A DNA stretch of 32,000 nucleotides from Caldicoprobacterales bacterium. GTDB lineage: Bacteria > Bacillota > Clostridia > Caldicoprobacterales > DTU083. The DNA lies in contig JBMNJE010000011.1 of NCBI GenBank assembly GCA_050951505.1, positions 483,168-515,167 of the forward strand, in the 5' to 3' direction. Shown here one piece after another: positions 26,824-32,000 of this stretch. The notes under the pieces are model-generated. The model searched no databases and was not told where the DNA came from. It worked only from the letters and a program-made list of their open reading frames with translations. How positions within the stretch are numbered: the first letter of the stretch is position 1; every line of letters begins with the position of its first letter. A program made the translations under genes and the position numbers.

Positions 26824-28599
26824 TTGAGGGGTTCGGTGTTGATACTTACATTATACATTATGATGGCCATGTCATTTCTGATAATAACAGTTTTTTCAAT
26901 GGCAGGGACTCATTTAATCATCACAAAAAGCGATAATTTGCATCAACAGGCTTATTATCTGGCGGAGACCGGATTGTTTTTGGCACAAAGTGAACTCCAG
27001 CAGATAGTTGCAAGAGCCTATGAAGATTGCATGGCGGAATTTCAATGGGACCCCTTGCAGCAGCCCCTGAACAGCTTACAGGAATGTGCAGAAAAACATG
27101 TAGCTGTTAAAATAGATCCAATCATCAATAAAAGGCTGCTGGAACTGGGTTATTTGTTTCAATTCCCTGAGCCTGATCTGCCTGTTGATCTGCCTGATGC
27201 TAAAATAGATGTCAGGATTCGATTTGTGGACCTATATAAGAACCCTTCCAGGCTGTTGATTTCTTCCCGTGGAATCATCGGCGGAATCCGCAGAAGAATC
27301 GATGCAGAAGTCCACATAAATAAGATCAGCGGCATTAACAGCAGTCTGCTATTTGAAAAAGTACTCTATACCGGAGACGACTTGCTGGTAAGCAATGGAG
27401 GAAGGTTACTGTCTCTTGGTGCTGTTCATATTCAGGGGAGCATTCAGGTTTCGGACAACAGTTTACTTGAAATAAGAAGACAGTCGGCTATCCGGGATGA
27501 AGTAAGGCTGATTAACTCCAGTCAGGCATTTTTTGCGGAAGATATGGTCTGTGATGGAATAAGTGTGGAAGGTGAGCCGGATTCTTTTATCGAATGTCTG
27601 GGGAATGTATATTGTCATGAGGTAGTTTACGCCCATGGTACGAATAATATGATTGATATTCATGAAAGTTTGTACATCTGCCCTGAAGAAGAATTCGCTT
27701 CTGCAGGCGTAAAGGCAGGAGGCGGCGCAAGGATTACACTTATGGATAAAGTATTCATCAATGGAACATTGCACTATGAAACTGAAAAAAGTCATCTGTT
27801 CGGAATGGAGGAACTGCCTGTTTTTGGTGGAGTATATCACAGCTGTGAAAGTATTGGCGGATTTAACAGTACTTTTTATTTTCCTGATACAGCTCCGGAT
27901 GATGCCAGACGTTTTTTTGAGCCGGAATTTGCCGGCCTCAGCAGAACAGAGCAGGCGCTCATGATATATGAATATTTGAATGCTTCCCCCGATACAATAA
28001 TGGATCAAGAATCTTATGAACATCACTTGGCAGGAGTTGACTGTGACAGCATTCACCTTACTATGACCGACCCTGTGACCGGCTATACATCAGGTTTGAT
28101 TTTTGCCGGCAGCAAGGTTAGCAGAACACTTCACATGGAGCAGCCTGATGCCTTTTTTGCATCCATTCTCAGGAAGATGAAACAGCAAACCGGCTGGGAT
28201 TTTTCTTCCCAACTTAATGCAGGAATATCTGTATCAGAAAGCAATGTTATGATAGAGGGGGATTTTTTATCTGTTTTGAACCACAATCAGCCAATAATCT
28301 GCGTTGTCCCGGAGGAAAGAGACTTATATCTCCAATCCGGAGCATTCAGCGGAATAATAATCACAAACGGTTCAATTCATGTACCTCAGGATACGGAGGT
28401 TGAATTGACAGGTCTAATGATAGCCGGAGAAAACATATTTGTCGAGGGTGGTCTTACCTTGCGGGAAGATACAGGTATACTTTACCAACTGCTTGATCAG
28501 CAAGACCTTTCTTTGAGACGATTTTTTCGTATTGAACCTGAAAAACCATTGTTTGAAATCAGATCATGTCGCGAAGTATTATTTAATGCACAGTGGTGA
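26824..28599 (+). CDS. PilX-N-like large pilus-associated protein (putative tip/adhesin subunit)
   Basis: TTG start directly after the previous TAG, GGAGGTGA 5 nt upstream. N-terminus RGSVLILTLYIMMAMSFLIITVF...AYYLAETGL resembles the PilX_N/ComGG-type non-cleaved hydrophobic segment. 591 aa with no other recognisable domain. Confidence 0.6.
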   Translation: MRGSVLILTLYIMMAMSFLIITVFSMAGTHLIITKSDNLHQQAYYLAETGLFLAQSELQQIVARAYEDCMAEFQWDPLQQPLNSLQECAEKHVAVKIDPIINKRLLELGYLFQFPEPDLPVDLPDAKIDVRIRFVDLYKNPSRLLISSRGIIGGIRRRIDAEVHINKISGINSSLLFEKVLYTGDDLLVSNGGRLLSLGAVHIQGSIQVSDNSLLEIRRQSAIRDEVRLINSSQAFFAEDMVCDGISVEGEPDSFIECLGNVYCHEVVYAHGTNNMIDIHESLYICPEEEFASAGVKAGGGARITLMDKVFINGTLHYETEKSHLFGMEELPVFGGVYHSCESIGGFNSTFYFPDTAPDDARRFFEPEFAGLSRTEQALMIYEYLNASPDTIMDQESYEHHLAGVDCDSIHLTMTDPVTGYTSGLIFAGSKVSRTLHMEQPDAFFASILRKMKQQTGWDFSSQLNAGISVSESNVMIEGDFLSVLNHNQPIICVVPEERDLYLQSGAFSGIIITNGSIHVPQDTEVELTGLMIAGENIFVEGGLTLREDTGILYQLLDQQDLSLRRFFRIEPEKPLFEIRSCREVLFNAQW

Positions 28600-28600
28600 G

Positions 28601-29545
28601 GTGATTCAGTTGTTTTACCCAGGCAATCGGATTCTGTCGGTGGATATGGGCAGCCACACGTATAAATATATAGAAGCAAAAATGAAACCTGACATTAAGA
28701 TACTTCGTTATGGCTTTGTTGAAAAAGAACAGCTGTTTCAGGCAGATAAGCCTGCCCGGGAATGGAGAAAGCTGGGCTGCCGTACCAGAGATACCATTCT
28801 TTCTTACAAGCACCAGTCAATGATAATGCGTGAATTTACTCTGACTGCTCGTGATTCATTCCAGTTCCGGAACAAATTACAGGAGGAAATAAAACAATAT
28901 CAGATTGATCTAAAGGATGAGTTTGATTTTGACTGCTTAATGCAGTTTGTTGACAAGGATACCGGGCTTTATCAGGCTACAACCGCAGGAATCTCCAGAG
29001 GAGTAAATCGCGATTACATAAACAAAGCTTACTGTCTGGGTCTGAGGCCTAAAGCAGTTGATTTTCAGGTGTCTGCCGGATTTAGGTTAATCAACAGGGC
29101 TCTTGAACATTCAGAAGCAGGATCCTTTCCATATCTGATGCTGGATCTGGGATATGAAAGCACAATGGTGGGTATAGCAGATAAAGATAATATATTTGCT
29201 TTAAAGACCGTTCCGGCAGGATGTCGCTTAATTGCCGAGTCTGCATCTGAAAATGAGTATTATTACGATCAGCTCTCCATGCTCTGTATTGAAATGATTA
29301 ACTTCTATATGACACGGCATCATAAGGAATTGATGCAAGGCATCTTTTTTGGCGGAGGCAGCTGCTTTCCTGCTGTTTCTGCCTTTCTTAGGGAACAGAT
29401 TCCACTATATTGGAATGATTTGAATAATTACATCGCTTATTTACCGGAAATTCCCGATGATATGGATTTAAATCTGTATGCTAACTGTCTGGGATCCTTG
29501 TATTGGAATGACAGAGAGCAGGAAGAATGGGGAGTGGAGCTTTGA
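28601..29545 (+). CDS. Second PilM-like actin-fold protein
   Basis: ILSVDMGSHTYKYIEAK, LMLDLGYESTMVGIA and IFFGGGSCFPAV mirror the PilM phosphate loops. Start is ambiguous: ATG 28586 is upstream of the previous stop, and GTG 28601 or TTG 28610 follow GGTGAGGTGA. Confidence 0.65.
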   Translation: MIQLFYPGNRILSVDMGSHTYKYIEAKMKPDIKILRYGFVEKEQLFQADKPAREWRKLGCRTRDTILSYKHQSMIMREFTLTARDSFQFRNKLQEEIKQYQIDLKDEFDFDCLMQFVDKDTGLYQATTAGISRGVNRDYINKAYCLGLRPKAVDFQVSAGFRLINRALEHSEAGSFPYLMLDLGYESTMVGIADKDNIFALKTVPAGCRLIAESASENEYYYDQLSMLCIEMINFYMTRHHKELMQGIFFGGGSCFPAVSAFLREQIPLYWNDLNNYIAYLPEIPDDMDLNLYANCLGSLYWNDREQEEWGVEL

Positions 29546-30096
29546 TGAACTTTAATTTACTGCCTCCGGAATACAGGAAGAAGCCTAATATTCTTCGTCG
29601 CATTGTTTTGGTAATTATATCTGCTTTATTGCTATGGCCGATTATAGAGTATGGAATTCTTAGGCCTGTTAATGCTAAATCTGAAAGTCAAAAACAACTG
29701 TCCTTGTTGGAAGAAAAAACTGCCGGCTATAACAGTTTGGAAGAAGAGGAAGAGTATCAGCTTTCTCAACTGGAAGAAATGGAACAGCGAATGCGGAATC
29801 TGCAGCAAATGGATGAATGTACGCCCCTGTATTGGTATAAGATATTGGAGATCTTAACCCAAACCCTGCCCAGCGGCTGTTCCCTAAATCATTTTACTTG
29901 TAACGACAATATCATACTCTTGTCCGGTACAAGTAAAAATGACAAGATTTCTGCAGTTTATCTCCGAAATCTTCAAAACAGCAATTTTTTTTCAGAAGTG
30001 CGAACAGAAAAAATTATGTACCAGCAGAACGATGAGGCCAGTTTTACTTTACGCTGTATTTTAAAACAAAAACCGAAAGAGGAAGTCACGCCATGA
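29545..30096 (+). CDS. Second PilN-like protein
   Basis: ATG 29545 overlaps the previous TGA by 1 nt. N-terminus MNFNLLPPEYRKK carries the canonical PilN INLLP-type motif. Single TM (IVLVIISALLLWPII) and a coiled coil. Confidence 0.7.
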   Translation: MNFNLLPPEYRKKPNILRRIVLVIISALLLWPIIEYGILRPVNAKSESQKQLSLLEEKTAGYNSLEEEEEYQLSQLEEMEQRMRNLQQMDECTPLYWYKILEILTQTLPSGCSLNHFTCNDNIILLSGTSKNDKISAVYLRNLQNSNFFSEVRTEKIMYQQNDEASFTLRCILKQKPKEEVTP

Positions 30097-30668
30097 TTCC
30101 AGTAAAAAGAAAATTACTTCTATGCCTTATTACTGCCATACTGATTTTTCTCATGTATTATCATATGTTTTTAGGTCCGGTGCTGACAGAAATCGATTTG
30201 TCTCTGCGGAATATTGCAGCATATCAAGCAACTGTATCTAATATACAAAACAAGCAGAAAGAGATTGATGATATGCAAAAACGTGTGGAACAGGTTAAAA
30301 GGAGTCTGCTGGAGAAAAGAGAAGAGCTGCCGGAGGACCTTGATTCCTTTGATCTCATACATCTGCTGTCAGCTGCGAATGCAAATCAATTAATCAGGCA
30401 CAGCGCCATCTTTCTTGAACCTATTATATGTGAAGACTTTTTGATTCTGCCGGTACGGCTCAGTTTCAGCACCGATAATCTGGGTTTGTCAAAGTTTCTG
30501 CTTGCCCTGGAAGACTTGGAAAACAGGCCAACTATATCCTATTTACGGATAGCAGCAGATGAAATAACTGAAAATAGCCAAAATGTAATGAAGAAGAGCA
30601 GGAAAATCATGTATAATCTAGATGTGGAAATGACTATAAATTTTTATGTGAAAGGTAAGGATGAATGA
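30093..30668 (+). CDS. Second PilO-like protein
   Basis: 191 aa. N-terminal TM (LLLCLITAILIFLMYY), coiled coil (QNKQKEIDDMQKRVEQVKRSLLEKREEL). ATGA overlaps with both neighbours. Call is by architecture and position. Confidence 0.55.
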   Translation: MIPVKRKLLLCLITAILIFLMYYHMFLGPVLTEIDLSLRNIAAYQATVSNIQNKQKEIDDMQKRVEQVKRSLLEKREELPEDLDSFDLIHLLSAANANQLIRHSAIFLEPIICEDFLILPVRLSFSTDNLGLSKFLLALEDLENRPTISYLRIAADEITENSQNVMKKSRKIMYNLDVEMTINFYVKGKDE

Positions 30669-31189
30669 GAACAAATATCTTTCTTATCGGTTTCATGGGG
30701 GTAGGTAAAACCACAATCGGGCGCTTGTTGGCAGAGAAAGCCAATATGGAATTTTATGATCTGGATAGGATGATAGAAGAAGCAACAGGGCTTACCATTA
30801 ATGAAATATTCAGAAAAAGGGGGGAGTCATGGTTCAGACAGGTAGAAAACCGGGTATTAAGCGAGAATGCTTGCGGTTTTGACAAGGTATTTGCTACAGG
30901 CGGAGGTGTGGTATTGAATCCGGAGAACAGGAAAAGGATGAATTCCTGTGGCACTGTTGTAGCACTAACTGCCAGTGTGGATACCTTGTGGGACAGATTA
31001 AAGGATAAGACTGACAGACCACTGCTGTTTAGCAGAAAACCTAAAGAAACACTTAATCAACTTTATAATCAAAGAGAGGAACTATATAAGGAAGCACGGT
31101 TTATCGTGAAAGTGGATGGAAAATCAGCAGATGAGCTGGCAGAGGAGATCCTCCGGTTAGTTAATGATGATAATAGAATAGCAGACTGA
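30665..31189 (+). CDS. aroK: Shikimate kinase
   Basis: 174 aa. P-loop IFLIGFMGVGKTTIGR, DLD, shikimate-binding GGG (ATGGGVV). The start overlaps the PilO-like stop (ATGA). Confidence 0.9.
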   Translation: MRTNIFLIGFMGVGKTTIGRLLAEKANMEFYDLDRMIEEATGLTINEIFRKRGESWFRQVENRVLSENACGFDKVFATGGGVVLNPENRKRMNSCGTVVALTASVDTLWDRLKDKTDRPLLFSRKPKETLNQLYNQREELYKEARFIVKVDGKSADELAEEILRLVNDDNRIAD

Positions 31190-31327
31190 TACTAAAAAAT
31201 AAGCTTAATGGGAAAATGGCAAAGGATACTTTAGTATTGAAAGGCAGGTATGAAGGTAAATTATCTCTGTTCAATTTAGCTTCTTTATGGTAATATGTTC
31301 TATGTCAAAGGAAAAAGGTGTGGTTAT

Positions 31328-31780
31328 ATGAGATTGCTGCTTATCAATGGCCCGAATCTGAATCTTCTGGGAATCAGAGAGCCCGGTATTTATGGAAATA
31401 TTACATATGAAGATCTGATTGCAAATCTTCAAAACTACTCGAAAAACCTGGGCATAGAGCTTAGCTGCTTTCAGTCTAACAGTGAAGGGCAGCTTATAGA
31501 CCGTTTGCATGAAGCGATAGGAGAGGTTGACGGAATCATTTTAAATCCCGGAGCACTTACCCATTATAGCTATTCTCTGAGGGATGCCATCTCTGCAATT
31601 CAATTACCTGTTTTGGAGGTGCATATCTCCAATATACATTCCAGGGAGAGCTTTCGTAATGTATCTTTGACTGCTCCTGTCTGTATCGGTCAGATCACCG
31701 GTCTGGGAATCCACGGCTATTATCTGGCAATCGACTTCTTTGTACGCAACTTGATGAAAGAAAATGGGAGCTTAAAATAA
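31328..31780 (+). CDS. aroQ: 3-dehydroquinate dehydratase, type II
   Basis: Start at ATG 31328 (MRLLLINGPNLNLLGIREPGIYG). Motifs INPGALTHYS, EVHISNIHSRESFR. 150 aa. The ORF-track start at 31295 adds a non-homologous extension. Confidence 0.9.
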   Translation: MRLLLINGPNLNLLGIREPGIYGNITYEDLIANLQNYSKNLGIELSCFQSNSEGQLIDRLHEAIGEVDGIILNPGALTHYSYSLRDAISAIQLPVLEVHISNIHSRESFRNVSLTAPVCIGQITGLGIHGYYLAIDFFVRNLMKENGSLK

Positions 31781-31818
31781 ACCTGTAAACCAACAAACCA
31801 ATAATGGAGGAATCCCAA

Positions 31819-32000
31819 TTGAATCAAAGAATCGCCAAGCTGGTGGCAGCTTTAGAAGAACAACAAATTGATGCTGCTATCATATCAGAAAAAAACAACC
31901 TTAGATACTTTTCCGGTTTTACCGCAGAGGAAGCTCTATTGCTGATTCATCACTCTGCCCGTTACCTTATTACGGACTTCAGGTACATCGAACAGGCTCA
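31819..32000 (+). CDS. Xaa-Pro aminopeptidase/dipeptidase (M24B), N-terminal fragment running off the window
   Basis: TTG 31819 lies 6-7 nt after TGGAGGAA. Open to the window end. Creatinase/prolidase N-domain-like sequence (RIAKLVAALEEQQIDAAIISEKNNLRYFSGF). The aroQ-pepP adjacency matches B. subtilis yqhS-yqhT. Confidence 0.65.
   Translation, partial: MNQRIAKLVAALEEQQIDAAIISEKNNLRYFSGFTAEEALLLIHHSARYLITDFRYIEQA

Noticed and set aside
27463-28056. Long minus-strand ORFs: 27463-28056, 9110-9670, 2940-3404, 3405-3776, 4083-4487, 14219-14656, 15365-15769, 16223-16594, 21489-21905, 22808-23200 and others.
   Set aside because: All lie antisense to or overlap well-supported + strand genes, lack recognisable motifs or RBS, and have odd composition. 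I treat them as shadow ORFs.
1-32000. Looked for CRISPR repeats, tRNA/rRNA genes, IS elements, integrases, and toxin-antitoxin or restriction-modification genes.
   Set aside because: I noticed no direct-repeat arrays, no tRNA-like cloverleaf candidates in the short intergenic regions, and no transposase, recombinase, methylase or nuclease motifs in any plausible ORF. This was inspection by eye only.

Overview
All convincing genes in this window are on the + strand. It looks like a chromosomal segment from a spore-forming Firmicute, probably Clostridia-like, with Bacillus-type synteny blocks: trmFO-hslVU-codY, mltG-yrrM-U32 peptidase, yqeG-aroE and aroQ-pepP.

Positions 1-13972 are housekeeping genes: trmFO (3' part), hslV, hslU, codY, a Fur-family regulator, an 805-aa sugar-1-P nucleotidyltransferase fused to a PGM/PMM-like domain, RNase J, mltG, an O-methyltransferase, a U32 peptidase, pro-sigma-K, a YqeG-type HAD phosphatase and aroE.

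Positions 14001-30668 separate aroE from aroK/aroQ. This block holds a large type IV pilus (T4P) locus: pilB-pilT-pilC-pilM-pilN-pilO-pilD, then a terminator and promoter, then three prepilin-like genes, a 591-aa PilX-like protein and a second, divergent PilM/N/O-like set. The last gene of that set overlaps the aroK start.

The most unusual element is a tightly packed three-gene module at 14001-17590, between aroE and pilB. It encodes (1) a MotA/ExbB/TolQ-like 3-TM protein with a roughly 320-aa helical tail, (2) a MotB-like single-TM protein with a coiled coil and an OmpA-type peptidoglycan-binding domain, in which Asn appears to replace the conserved channel Asp, and (3) a roughly 400-aa soluble helical protein. 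This resembles a Zorya ZorA/ZorB/ZorC core, but no helicase or nuclease effector is present and the module sits inside a pilus operon.

I saw no tRNA, rRNA, CRISPR array, transposase or integrase. Family assignments come from motif recognition by eye and need HMM or BLAST confirmation.
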